A DNA stretch of 64,000 nt from Pseudohongiellaceae bacterium (GCA_965661005.1 CBFICB010000004.1:62879-126878); one strand, 5' to 3'. Counted from the stretch's first letter, positions 39,309-48,969 are shown. Notes: generated by a model not told the origin, from the letters alone. A program made the numbers and translations.

Positions 39309-41313
39309 ACTCGGTAATTTTTCGCTGATCTTAGCTTTTTGCCTGGCCTCGCTGATGGTGGTTATTCCCATGGCGGGAGCAGTCACCAACAACCAGCTTT
39401 GGATGTCATTATGCAGACCTTTAAGCTCTGGTATCTGGGTGTTTATGGTTTTAAGTTTTGCCTGCTTGGCTTATGCCTTCCTGCAGGATGACTTTTCAGT
39501 CAATTATGTCGCCAGAAATTCAAATAGCCTGCTACCAGATCGCTATAAATTTGCGGCGGTTTGGGGCGGTCATGAAGGGTCGCTATTGCTGTGGGTGCTG
39601 ATACTTGCCTCTTGGTCTTATGCAGTGAGCCTGTTCAGCAAAAATTTGCCACAGGATATATTGGCCCGGGTTCTATCGGTGATGGGTATTATCCTCGTAG
39701 GCTTTTTGTTATTTATGTTGCTGACTTCAAACCCTTTCGATCGTACTTTATTAAACACGCCGCTTGATGGCGCTGATCTTAATCCATTGCTTCAGGATTT
39801 TGGGCTCATTGTTCACCCACCGTTTTTATATATGGGATATGTCGGGTTTTCAGTCGCCTTTGCTTTTGCCATAGCTGCCTTGTTAAGTGGCAGGCTTGAT
39901 GCGGCCTGGGCTCGCTGGACACGTCCGTGGACCAATGCTGCCTGGGCATTTTTGAGTATTGGGATTGCACTGGGAAGCTGGTGGGCTTATTACGAACTCG
40001 GTTGGGGCGGTTGGTGGTTCTGGGATCCCGTTGAGAATGTTTCTTTCATGCCCTGGCTAGTAGGCACAGCGTTGATTCATTCCTTAGCGGTTACAGAAAA
40101 GCGTGGTGTATTCAAAAGTTGGACAGTCTTGCTGGCTATTGCTGCTTTTTCATTGAGTTTGCTGGGTGCTTTTATTGTTCGATCTGGGGTTCTAACTTCG
40201 GTTCACTCCTTTGCCGTCGATCCAGAGCGAGGAATGGTTCTGCTAACCATAATGCTAATCGTTATAGGGTCTTCTCTTTTACTTTATGCTATTCGAGCGC
40301 CAGTGGTTAAGGGCTCAGCCTCTTACACGCTTACCTCACGAGAAGTGCTCTTGTTAATCAATAATATTATTTTGGTTGTATCGACTGCTGCTGTATTACT
40401 GGGAACCTTATACCCATTAATTCATGAAGCAATTTATGGTGAGGCAAATCGGGTTTCAATTGGACCTCCTTATTTTAATACGGTGTTTGTTCCTTTAATG
40501 GCGCTTTTGGCATTTGCTTTGGGCATAGGGACTTTTTCACGTTGGAAAAAAACATCCGTCACTTATTTAAAACAACAACTTTCTAAAATACTGATAGCAA
40601 GTCTCGCTCTAGGTATTGTTATTCCGGTTGTTGTGACATCGGAATTTAATATATCAGCTATCGTTGCTGTCTGCTTAGCCTTGTGGATTGTGTTCTCAAT
40701 CTTAAAAGATATTTTTAATAAAACCTCCAATAAGGAAAGTTTTATCAAAGGCTTGAAAGCTTTAAGCCTAAGCTACTATGGTATGCAGTTTGCTCATTTT
40801 GGCATGGCAGTCACTATTTTAGGGGTATGTCTGACCAGCCATTACAGCGTAGAAAGAGATGTCCGTTTAGCCCCGGGAGATTCAGAAACAATTGGTAAGT
40901 ATGAATTTATTTTTGAGGGTGTCACTCTGGAGGGGGGCGCAAATTATCAGGCTGATCGCGCCGTTATCAGAGTGTTGAGAAATGGCGATGAATATATAAC
41001 TCTGCAACCAGAGAAGCGTCTCTATTATGCCTCTCGTACAACACAGACCGAGGCAGGGATAGACGTCGGATTATTTAGAGACCTGTTTACCGCTTTGGGA
41101 GATGAAAGAGGGGATGGCAGCTGGGTTGTACGCATCCACTATAAACCCTTTGTACTTTGGATCTGGTTAGGTGCCATTTTTATGGCTTTTGGTGGCATTT
41201 TGGCGATTACAGACAAGCGTTATCGAAGCAAAAAAACAGTTCAACAAACGCAAAGCCGAAGAACTTCAAACAACACTATTACTGAATCTGAACTCTCAGC
41301 GGGGGCTGGATGA
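39298..41313 (+). CDS. ccmF: cytochrome c haem lyase subunit CcmF
   Basis: 671 aa, GTG start. WGGWWFWDPVEN WWD motif. Confidence 0.93.
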   Translation: MIPELGNFSLILAFCLASLMVVIPMAGAVTNNQLWMSLCRPLSSGIWVFMVLSFACLAYAFLQDDFSVNYVARNSNSLLPDRYKFAAVWGGHEGSLLLWVLILASWSYAVSLFSKNLPQDILARVLSVMGIILVGFLLFMLLTSNPFDRTLLNTPLDGADLNPLLQDFGLIVHPPFLYMGYVGFSVAFAFAIAALLSGRLDAAWARWTRPWTNAAWAFLSIGIALGSWWAYYELGWGGWWFWDPVENVSFMPWLVGTALIHSLAVTEKRGVFKSWTVLLAIAAFSLSLLGAFIVRSGVLTSVHSFAVDPERGMVLLTIMLIVIGSSLLLYAIRAPVVKGSASYTLTSREVLLLINNIILVVSTAAVLLGTLYPLIHEAIYGEANRVSIGPPYFNTVFVPLMALLAFALGIGTFSRWKKTSVTYLKQQLSKILIASLALGIVIPVVVTSEFNISAIVAVCLALWIVFSILKDIFNKTSNKESFIKGLKALSLSYYGMQFAHFGMAVTILGVCLTSHYSVERDVRLAPGDSETIGKYEFIFEGVTLEGGANYQADRAVIRVLRNGDEYITLQPEKRLYYASRTTQTEAGIDVGLFRDLFTALGDERGDGSWVVRIHYKPFVLWIWLGAIFMAFGGILAITDKRYRSKKTVQQTQSRRTSNNTITESELSAGAG

Positions 41314-41855
41314 ATAAGCGTGCCTTACTAATCATTCCGGGGCTTTTCTTTTTTGCCATGCTCGGCCTTTTGCTTTTTGGCTTAGGGCGAAATCCAAACA
41401 TGGTGCCTTCAGCATTGGTTAATCGCCCCTTGCCCGAGTTCTCCTTGCCAGGCCTGGAAATGGACACATCTGCAAGCATTGATAATATTGCTTCGGAAGA
41501 TCTTTTAGGTGGGATTAGTATTATTAATTTTTGGGCTACCTGGTGCCCGCCATGCCATATTGAACATCCTTATCTGGTCGAAATTAGTGAGCGTGAACAA
41601 GATCTCAGTTTCATTGGTGTGAATTACAAGGATGACCTTGATGAAGCACGCCTGTTTTTAGATGAGAAAGGTTCGCCTTTCGAAAAAATAATTGTTGATC
41701 TCAATGGCAGTCTTGGAATTGATTTCGGGGTTGCCGGGGCGCCAGAAACATTTATTGTCGATAGCTTTGGTATGATTCGTTATCGTCATGTCGGTGTGAT
41801 TGATCATCAAATATGGGAAGAAACATTTGTCCCTGTTATTTCTCGCATCAAGTGA
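41310..41855 (+). CDS. ccmG: thiol:disulfide oxidoreductase CcmG/DsbE
   Basis: Membrane anchor plus a thioredoxin fold with WATWCPPCHIEHP and the GVAGAPETF motif. Confidence 0.92.
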   Translation: MNKRALLIIPGLFFFAMLGLLLFGLGRNPNMVPSALVNRPLPEFSLPGLEMDTSASIDNIASEDLLGGISIINFWATWCPPCHIEHPYLVEISEREQDLSFIGVNYKDDLDEARLFLDEKGSPFEKIIVDLNGSLGIDFGVAGAPETFIVDSFGMIRYRHVGVIDHQIWEETFVPVISRIK

Positions 41856-41857
41856 TT

Positions 41858-42316
41858 ATGCGCAAGTTACTCTTCATCTTTCCATTATTTTTTGTCTGTA
41901 TTTTATCGGCTAAAGCGGCAATAGAAGTCTATCAATTTGATGATAACAGCCAGCAAGAGCGCTTCAATCAATTAAGCGATCAGTTACGTTGCCCCATGTG
42001 TTTGAATTCAAATTTGTCAGGTTCTGATGCTCCGATAGCGGCAGATTTGCGTGCAGAGATATATGAGCAAATTTTAGACGGAAGATCGAATGACCAGATC
42101 GTTGAATTTATGACCCAACGCTATGGTGATTTTATTAATTACCGACCTCCATTAAATTCCGGCACTTTTTTACTTTGGTTTGGTCCGTTATTTTTGCTGA
42201 TAGCCGGTTTGCTAATTGTTTGGCGTATTGGTAGAGCCAGTCAACGCTTAAAGCCAAGCGAGCTGAGTGATAGTGAAAAACAAAAGTTAAATGATATTTT
42301 GGCTAGTAAAAAATAA
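41858..42316 (+). CDS. ccmH: cytochrome c-type biogenesis protein CcmH
   Basis: The ATG at 41858 gives signal peptide MRKLLFIFPLFF. LRCPMCLNSNL (LRCxxC) motif and a C-terminal TM helix. The track ORF start at 41813 overlaps ccmG. Confidence 0.9.
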   Translation: MRKLLFIFPLFFVCILSAKAAIEVYQFDDNSQQERFNQLSDQLRCPMCLNSNLSGSDAPIAADLRAEIYEQILDGRSNDQIVEFMTQRYGDFINYRPPLNSGTFLLWFGPLFLLIAGLLIVWRIGRASQRLKPSELSDSEKQKLNDILASKK

Positions 42317-42356
42317 ACTAAAACTTAAAACTCCAGGATTCAATAAGATTTAAAGA

Positions 42357-43604
42357 ATGACAACTCTCATCCCCTATATATTATTGCTAATGCTGGTTGC
42401 AGTATTGTTTGTATTAGTGCCGGTTTTACGTTTTCGTAATCATGGTGCAAAGCTGCAAAGTGAAGACAGAGAACAACAAAATATAAGTCTGTTTCAGCAA
42501 AATATTAGTGAACTGGAAGATAATCTAGCCGATAAATTAATTGAGCAGGATGAATTTGAAAAGTTAAAACTGGAGCTTGAAAGAAACTTTCTGAATGACA
42601 TGGAAAGCGGAAAGGCCAGCAAAAAAATATCTGCTTCTGCTTATACCAAGCTGCTGCCTTTGGCGTTGGTGTTTTTTATTCCGATAGTCAGTTTTTTGTT
42701 CTATCGTAGTATTGGTTCTGGCCCTGAACTGGTTTTGCCTGAACTCATTGATAAACTGAATGTAAGCGAATCTGTCGATGAGCAATTATTGGTATTAACT
42801 GAAATTGCTGATGTTCTGGATCAACAATTTCAGCGTCGTGATGATGATGTTCAGGCAGGTTATACGCTAGGAACCCTTTATATTTCTCTTGAGGAATTTG
42901 CGAATGCTGTTCGAGTTTTCTCGACTCTTGCCGCAGGAATGGAGGCTGACCAGGATAAAGCGGCGGTGCTTGGTCAGCTAGCGCAATCCCAGTATTTATT
43001 GGCTGACTCAACTCTTACTCCGGCTGTACAAGAAACGATTGATGAAGCCCTTTTGCTCAATTCCAATGAGCAGGCCATTATGAGTATTCTAGCAGTTGAA
43101 GCTTTATTAGCTGAAGATCTTGCCGGCGCTGCAAATTACTGGCGAAGACAGGTGTCACAACTACCTGTAGGCAGTGAGCAAATTGCCCAATTAAACCAAC
43201 GGATTGAGACAATCGAATCCTATCTTGTCGAAGAGAATGATGAAGAAATTGTTGATGCTAATGATGGAGTTGAACTTTCGGTAAGAGTGAATATCGATGA
43301 GAGTATTCAAGATCAAATAGAAGCAGGGATGAAAGTTTATATTTTTGCTCGTAGTGAAGGCACGCCACCTCTAGCCGCATTGGAGTTGAACCCTGAAGAT
43401 CTGCCAGTTACGGTCACCTTGAATGATGGCATGGCTATGCTGCCTCAATTTAATTTGTCTTCTGTCACTACTGCTTATGTTGGAGCCAGTATTGCCCGTC
43501 AGGCTGTTGCACAATCGGGTGATTTTCAGGCCTTATCTGAGACATTTGTAATAGCCGAACAAGAAGAAACCATTGTACTGTCCATAAAAGATAGACTTCC
43601 GTAA
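42357..43604 (+). CDS. ccmI: c-type cytochrome biogenesis protein CcmI (TPR-containing)
   Basis: 415 aa. Two N-terminal TM segments separated by a charged loop, then TPR-like repeats. Last gene of the ccm operon. Confidence 0.8.
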   Translation: MTTLIPYILLLMLVAVLFVLVPVLRFRNHGAKLQSEDREQQNISLFQQNISELEDNLADKLIEQDEFEKLKLELERNFLNDMESGKASKKISASAYTKLLPLALVFFIPIVSFLFYRSIGSGPELVLPELIDKLNVSESVDEQLLVLTEIADVLDQQFQRRDDDVQAGYTLGTLYISLEEFANAVRVFSTLAAGMEADQDKAAVLGQLAQSQYLLADSTLTPAVQETIDEALLLNSNEQAIMSILAVEALLAEDLAGAANYWRRQVSQLPVGSEQIAQLNQRIETIESYLVEENDEEIVDANDGVELSVRVNIDESIQDQIEAGMKVYIFARSEGTPPLAALELNPEDLPVTVTLNDGMAMLPQFNLSSVTTAYVGASIARQAVAQSGDFQALSETFVIAEQEETIVLSIKDRLP

Positions 43605-43628
43605 CAACTTCATAAAGAGAGATTTCTT

Positions 43629-44852
43629 TTGGCAGACCTTTCTGCATTACGCTCACTTTTTTCTAATAGAAATTTTGCTATTTATGTCAGTGGCAATAGC
43701 ATTTCTCTTATTGGTTTTTGGATGCAAAGGGTGGCCATCAGCTGGTTAACCTGGGAGATTACTGAATCAGAATTTTGGGTTGGCGCTGTTGCTTTTGCAG
43801 AGCTCGGGCCTTTATTAGTGATTAGCCCCATTATGGGTGTTTGGACAGATCGGGTAAATCGTAAGCTTCTGACAATTATAAACCAATCAACCATGATGCT
43901 AGTTTCATTTGTATTGTTTCTTCTTATCATTTTTGACCTGATTTCTATTCAGGTACTGTTTACATTTGCACTACTTGATGGAATTTTACAAGCAACTCAC
44001 CAGCCAATACGCATGGCTATCATTCCAAATTTAGTTGATAAAAAAGATATCGTTTCGGCCTCATCTTTCACAGCTGTTGTCTTTAATGTAGCCAGGTTGC
44101 TTGGACCTGCTTTGGCAGGGATTATTATTGCTCTATTTGGCACTTCGGTTGCAGTTATTTGTAATACTATCTCCTACATCCCTATTTTACTGGCATGGTG
44201 CTATATCAAACTGCCTGCAATGAAAGCTCATAATTCTGAAGATAGTTTTACAAAAGGTTTGGTTGAAGGGATTAATTATGTAAAAAATATTCCTGCGCTA
44301 GGACATATATTTGTTTTGCAGACCATCCTTGCCTGTGGAATTCGACCAGCGACTTTGATGTTGGCTGCGTTTGTGGGTGCTGTGTATAAGGGTGGAGCAG
44401 AGCAATTGGCTCTTTACACCGCAGTATTAGGTATGGGCGCTGTGATTGGCGGTATGTATATCACCCTGCGCGGCAAGGCCAAAGGCCTGGTTAATAGCAT
44501 GCTGAGAAACAGTCTGATTTCAATTCTCGCCTTGGCTGTTTTTGCCTGGACGACGAATGTCTATACAGGTTTGTTCTCTATATTTGTGATTGGCTGGACT
44601 ATTACTTTAAGTTCTGTCTCCAGCCAAACCATGGTGCAGAACAGTATTGATGACGAAATACGTGGACGTGTTTTAAGTTTGTGGGCAGCATTAACGCGGG
44701 GTGCTGCCGCAATAGGAGTCTTGGTAATTGGTTTTTTTGCTGATTATTTTGGGCTGTTCTGGACGAATATCACCGCCGCCCTGTTATGTCTGATTGGTCT
44801 AATTTGGTTTTGGCAAAAATCTATGCAAATGCAGTCTTACTTCGAAAAATAA
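43629..44852 (+). CDS. MFS transporter (MFS_3 / EntS-like family)
   Basis: TTG start with AAAGAGAG upstream. About 12 TM helices. FRNRNF-like N-terminus and GVWTDRVNRK loop motif. Confidence 0.85.
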   Translation: MADLSALRSLFSNRNFAIYVSGNSISLIGFWMQRVAISWLTWEITESEFWVGAVAFAELGPLLVISPIMGVWTDRVNRKLLTIINQSTMMLVSFVLFLLIIFDLISIQVLFTFALLDGILQATHQPIRMAIIPNLVDKKDIVSASSFTAVVFNVARLLGPALAGIIIALFGTSVAVICNTISYIPILLAWCYIKLPAMKAHNSEDSFTKGLVEGINYVKNIPALGHIFVLQTILACGIRPATLMLAAFVGAVYKGGAEQLALYTAVLGMGAVIGGMYITLRGKAKGLVNSMLRNSLISILALAVFAWTTNVYTGLFSIFVIGWTITLSSVSSQTMVQNSIDDEIRGRVLSLWAALTRGAAAIGVLVIGFFADYFGLFWTNITAALLCLIGLIWFWQKSMQMQSYFEK

Positions 44853-44869
44853 ATGTATCTGCAGAGTCG

Positions 44870-45709
44870 CTAGTGGGTCAAAGAGTAAACTGCATAATTC
44901 ACACCCATTTGTATTCCTAGCGCTGCATCCCGTTGAGGGTAACGTGGATTATCCTGATGCTGCCAGGAATCTCCCATATCATTATTAAATGATATGGCGA
45001 CCATTACACGACCATTATCATCCAAAACAGCTTTCCATTGAGGGTCGTGACCATCTGCACGGTAGGGTACACCGCGACCAGAAAGTGAACGCATATTAGC
45101 AATTTGTTGACGGTCACTTAAATCATAAATAATATCAAAAACAGGGTGCTCATCCGCCAAGTCAATTACAGCCCTGCCTGGAAAAACTCGCCGAAGGCTT
45201 GTTATAAATCCTGACCATTCGCTGGTGCCAAAAAAACTATCGGCTAATAAAAAGCCTCCCCTGAGTAAATATTCTCGGAGTTTGGCAGCCTGGCTGTCAG
45301 TTAAATCCCAGCTTCCGGGCATGCCTACAATCAGAAACGGCCAGTTGAAAATATCATCGCCATCATCCAGATTAACTGGCTGTTCGACAGAACGCACATC
45401 AACAGTCGTTAGACGTCTTAATAAGCGGGCATAGGTTCTATCACCAAGTGGATAGTCGACTGCCCAGTTAGTTCCTCCCATCTGCCAGTTGCCTCCACCA
45501 CCAAACATGCCTCCATAGGAAGGATACATCAAGCGACCGACCACAAATTCTCCAGGCACCATGTAATCATCCGGTAAAGCAGCATAGGCATCACCCTCCA
45601 GGCTTTGTAATACTCGGAATTCGCGTTGTGCAAAGATAAAAGAGCTGGACAGACTAAGCACTAAAGCCAGAAAGAGGGAGGATTTGTTATTGCTAAGCCA
45701 TGAAGACAT
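44870..45709 (-). CDS. secreted DUF4159 domain-containing protein
   Basis: Signal peptide (...SFIFA-QREF). NWAVDYPLGDRTYARLLRRLT and NWPFLIVGMPGSWDLTDSQAAKLREYLLRGGFLLADSFFG match my memory of DUF4159 proteins. Confidence 0.75.
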   Translation of the reverse strand: MSSWLSNNKSSLFLALVLSLSSSFIFAQREFRVLQSLEGDAYAALPDDYMVPGEFVVGRLMYPSYGGMFGGGGNWQMGGTNWAVDYPLGDRTYARLLRRLTTVDVRSVEQPVNLDDGDDIFNWPFLIVGMPGSWDLTDSQAAKLREYLLRGGFLLADSFFGTSEWSGFITSLRRVFPGRAVIDLADEHPVFDIIYDLSDRQQIANMRSLSGRGVPYRADGHDPQWKAVLDDNGRVMVAISFNNDMGDSWQHQDNPRYPQRDAALGIQMGVNYAVYSLTH

Positions 45710-45907
45710 GAGCTAGTTATATCAGATAAAAAGCAGCGCGTACAAGATGGGAGAATTTTTTAATTCTAATTACTGTTTTAAATGCAGTATTTTCTTTATC
45801 TAGACATTATAAGGCGAGATCGCTAAAGTGGATTACGATTTTAAAATCATGAAAATAACGAATAGCGATATAAGAAACAACCAAGGCTTAAAGGGGTAAG
45901 CAGCAAG

Positions 45908-46705
45908 ATGCATGGTAAGGAAATTGAATCTACTGCGACAGCTACTGCCAGTGCCTTACATCGTTTTAACCGTTACGAAATAAAGTATTTCCTGCCTGAG
46001 AATCAAATAGCCGAATTCAAGGAAAATGTGCAACAGCGCATGGATACTGACGCCCATGCAAAAGAGAGTTCGAAACGCATTACCAGTCTTTATTACGATA
46101 CTGAAGATTTAAGGTTCTACTGGGAAAAGATTGAAGGATTAAGGTTTCGACGCAAGTTACGCATTCGTGCATATGGTGAACCTGATAGTATTAAGGACGA
46201 CAGCATGGTCTTTGTTGAAATTAAACAGCGAGTCAATCGAGTAACGCAAAAACGTAGAGTCCCATTGCCGTATGCCATGGCAAAAATTTTATGTGATGAA
46301 AAAATTGATCCGGAATACCCGGGAGTTCGGCAAGCCTTTGTTGATGAAGTGCTCGCACTCGGTGAAATAGCTGACTTACGACCCATGGTAATTACGACCT
46401 ATCACCGTGAAGCCTATGTGGGCGTGGATGCGGATCTTGGTCTGAGAATTACTATGGATCACCGTGTACAGGGGCGAGAAAAAGATTTTAATTTAGGTGT
46501 AAGATCAGAAAATAAATTTATTATTCCCTCATATTTATCTATAGTCGAAGTCAAAGCCAATGAACGGATACCCACATGGTTTACAGATCTGGCTGCAAAA
46601 ATGAGTTTGGATGTTATTCGTGTATCAAAATATTGCAAAGCAATTGAAGCAAATTTGGTAGGGGTGAGAGCTAACTTGCACGCAAGGAACTTGCCTGGAT
46701 CATAA
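45908..46705 (+). CDS. VTC-domain (polyphosphate polymerase-like, triphosphate tunnel metalloenzyme fold) protein, soluble
   Basis: 265 aa with no TM helix. RFNRYEIKYF N-terminal motif plus RFRRKLRIRAY, VFVEIKQR, IVEVKANE and RVSKY, the alternating basic/acidic strands expected for a TTM/VTC tunnel. Confidence 0.8.
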   Translation: MHGKEIESTATATASALHRFNRYEIKYFLPENQIAEFKENVQQRMDTDAHAKESSKRITSLYYDTEDLRFYWEKIEGLRFRRKLRIRAYGEPDSIKDDSMVFVEIKQRVNRVTQKRRVPLPYAMAKILCDEKIDPEYPGVRQAFVDEVLALGEIADLRPMVITTYHREAYVGVDADLGLRITMDHRVQGREKDFNLGVRSENKFIIPSYLSIVEVKANERIPTWFTDLAAKMSLDVIRVSKYCKAIEANLVGVRANLHARNLPGS

Positions 46706-46744
46706 GAATTATATGAAATTAATTAGCGCTGGGAGTGAGAGTAA

Positions 46745-47422
46745 ATGAATTTTGATGTTGTTGATTTGTCAGGTACCTTCAATACTCTGGATATTATTTT
46801 AGCGCTTTCTTTATCCTTTGTTTTATCTACAATTGTAGGATTGGTTTACAGAGCAACTCACAGAAATATTTCATATAGCCAGTCTTATGTGCAAACCTTG
46901 GTTGTAGTTTGCATGGTGCTTTCCGTACTTATGTTGATTGTCGGGTCTAATATTGCCCGAGCCTTCGCTTTGGTGGGCGCTTTCTCAGTCGTGCGATTCA
47001 GGAATGCCTTAAAAGAGACGCGTGATGTAGGCTTCATCTTTTTGGTTATGGCCATCGGTATGGCTACTGGAACTCAGTTTTATGTATTGGCCATTGCAGC
47101 AACAGTTGCGATTTCAGTCGTCATACTATTGATGACAAAGTTAAATGCATTCGCCAGTAATATTCATCGCCAGGTAGTTAAAGTTCAAATTCCACCGCAA
47201 GGTGATTTTGATAAATTGGTCGAAGATGTCCTAATAAAACTGACAAAAAGTTTTGAGTTAGTGAGTACCGAAACAATTCGAAATGGCGCTTTGATGGAAT
47301 TATTCTATACAGTAGAGCTCAATCGTAAAGTTGAACCCAGAGATTTAGTCAATCAGATCACTGAAGTAAATACGGGGCAACGCGTTACGATACTAAGTGG
47401 TTATGATCAAACGGATCTCTGA
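46745..47422 (+). CDS. DUF4956-like integral membrane protein (4 TM helices + C-terminal soluble domain)
   Basis: 225 aa. Hydrophobic N-terminal two thirds with ARAFALVGAFSVVRFRNALKETRDVGFIF. It follows the VTC gene after 39 nt. I remember this family as the usual partner of bacterial VTC-domain genes. Confidence 0.7.
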   Translation: MNFDVVDLSGTFNTLDIILALSLSFVLSTIVGLVYRATHRNISYSQSYVQTLVVVCMVLSVLMLIVGSNIARAFALVGAFSVVRFRNALKETRDVGFIFLVMAIGMATGTQFYVLAIAATVAISVVILLMTKLNAFASNIHRQVVKVQIPPQGDFDKLVEDVLIKLTKSFELVSTETIRNGALMELFYTVELNRKVEPRDLVNQITEVNTGQRVTILSGYDQTDL

Positions 47423-47517
47423 TGGCTCAAGGCCTATGATTGTGAAGCTCTGTGTTTTAGCAAGCTAGTCTGGGTGTTGCCGGTAAGCTATTACACTTCA
47501 AGTCAAAAAAAATTCTA

Positions 47518-47526
47518 TGCTAAGAT
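47518..47526 (+). promoter_or_regulatory. candidate extended -10 element (TGCTAAGAT) upstream of the CotH-family gene
   Basis: Read directly in the 161-nt spacer. The weak -35 candidate TTCAAG/TCAAGT lies at about 17-bp spacing. Confidence 0.25.
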
Positions 47527-47583
47527 AGAAGCAGGGTTTATGAACAATATACTTTTATCACTTAAGCACTATGACTCTCGATT

Positions 47584-48921
47584 ATGAATCGAAAAAGTGA
47601 TCCTGTCTCTTATGACCGCTCCTGGTGGCAACGGACAATTCCTGTGCGTATCAGGCACAACAGTCGTTTAATTTTTAGTTCCATTTTTATATTAGTGATC
47701 ACTGGCCTGATACTAGGGTCTTTTCGTATTGATCCGATTGTTTTCACTCAAGAAAGCCAAGAACAAAGCTACAAATCCCGTTTCAATGTTATTGGGGCTG
47801 TTGATTTATTTGATTTAAATGTGCCTCATGAAATAGAGATGGTGATTAGTCCTGGTGATTATCAAATCATGATGAATGATTACCAGCGCCTGGGTTTAAA
47901 AACCTGGGTGCCAGCAAACATTACAATTGATGGAACTTTGATTGAAAATATTGGAATAAGATTGAAAGGAAATTCTACCTTAAGACAACTGAGTAGAAGC
48001 GCTCGAGGTTGGGGAAGACCAGGTCGAATGAGTAATGCGACATTTGATAATCCTTCTACTTTGCCTTTTGCCGTAAGTTTTGATGAATACGAAGACGATG
48101 TTACCTATCAGGGGAGGGAAGAGTTAGCCATCAGACCAGCAAAAACTGGCGGTACAAATATTAATGAAGCGCTTGCCTTGCAACTGATAGAAGATTCCGA
48201 GCAAATATCTCAGGATTATACTTGGGTCAATTTTAGTGTTAATGGTTACCCGAGTGTAACACGCCTGGTTATAGAAAATCCTGATAAACGTTATGCTGCG
48301 GCTTTGGGCTTGGGTAGTGGGGTGCTTTATAAATCCACTAGCACTAACCGCTTTCGGTATCTTGGAGACGCCCCTTTGAATTACGAGTCAGATTTTGATC
48401 AGATTAATGCTAAAGGAACCCATGATCTAACACCGATTATTAATTTGCTAAAGTGGTTGTCAGAAGCTGATGCCGATACCTTTGAAAACGAATTAGCGCA
48501 ATGGGTAGATATAGATAGCTTTGCCCGTTATGTGGCTACTCAGGATATTTTACAAAACTTTGATGATATGTCTGGTCCAGGGCATAACTTTCTTCTTTGG
48601 TATGATCTGATTGATGGAAGATTTACTGTTATTAGTTGGGATATGAATCTGGCCCTAGGGGCTGGAGACTTTATAGGCGGTTTTGATGGTTTTGGTTACG
48701 GTGGTGGAAATGCTCTGAAAGAACGGTTTATGCGTAGCAATTTTAGAAATGAAATTGCTCAGGCTCGCGAAGAGCTACTTGGTTTATGGGTTAATAATAA
48801 CTATGCGCTCAGAACTATGGATAGACTGGCAGATGTAATCCCGCTATCTGATACCTTGACTGAAGAGCAATTTTTGAGAGATATCGCTTTAACTCGCAGA
48901 ACCGTGCAATTTCTTCGGTAA
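47584..48921 (+). CDS. CotH-family atypical protein kinase, N-terminally membrane-anchored
   Basis: 445 aa. A basic N-terminus is followed by one TM helix (LIFSSIFILVITGLILGSF). IRLKGNST and HNFLLWYD....F.VISWDMNLALG resemble the CotH signature (RGNS..., NYYLY...WD.D..FG). Confidence 0.8.
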   Translation: MNRKSDPVSYDRSWWQRTIPVRIRHNSRLIFSSIFILVITGLILGSFRIDPIVFTQESQEQSYKSRFNVIGAVDLFDLNVPHEIEMVISPGDYQIMMNDYQRLGLKTWVPANITIDGTLIENIGIRLKGNSTLRQLSRSARGWGRPGRMSNATFDNPSTLPFAVSFDEYEDDVTYQGREELAIRPAKTGGTNINEALALQLIEDSEQISQDYTWVNFSVNGYPSVTRLVIENPDKRYAAALGLGSGVLYKSTSTNRFRYLGDAPLNYESDFDQINAKGTHDLTPIINLLKWLSEADADTFENELAQWVDIDSFARYVATQDILQNFDDMSGPGHNFLLWYDLIDGRFTVISWDMNLALGAGDFIGGFDGFGYGGGNALKERFMRSNFRNEIAQAREELLGLWVNNNYALRTMDRLADVIPLSDTLTEEQFLRDIALTRRTVQFLR

Positions 48922-48969
48922 GCTTATTATTAACTGGACTTGTTATTAACCAGAAAAGGAAGATAAATT

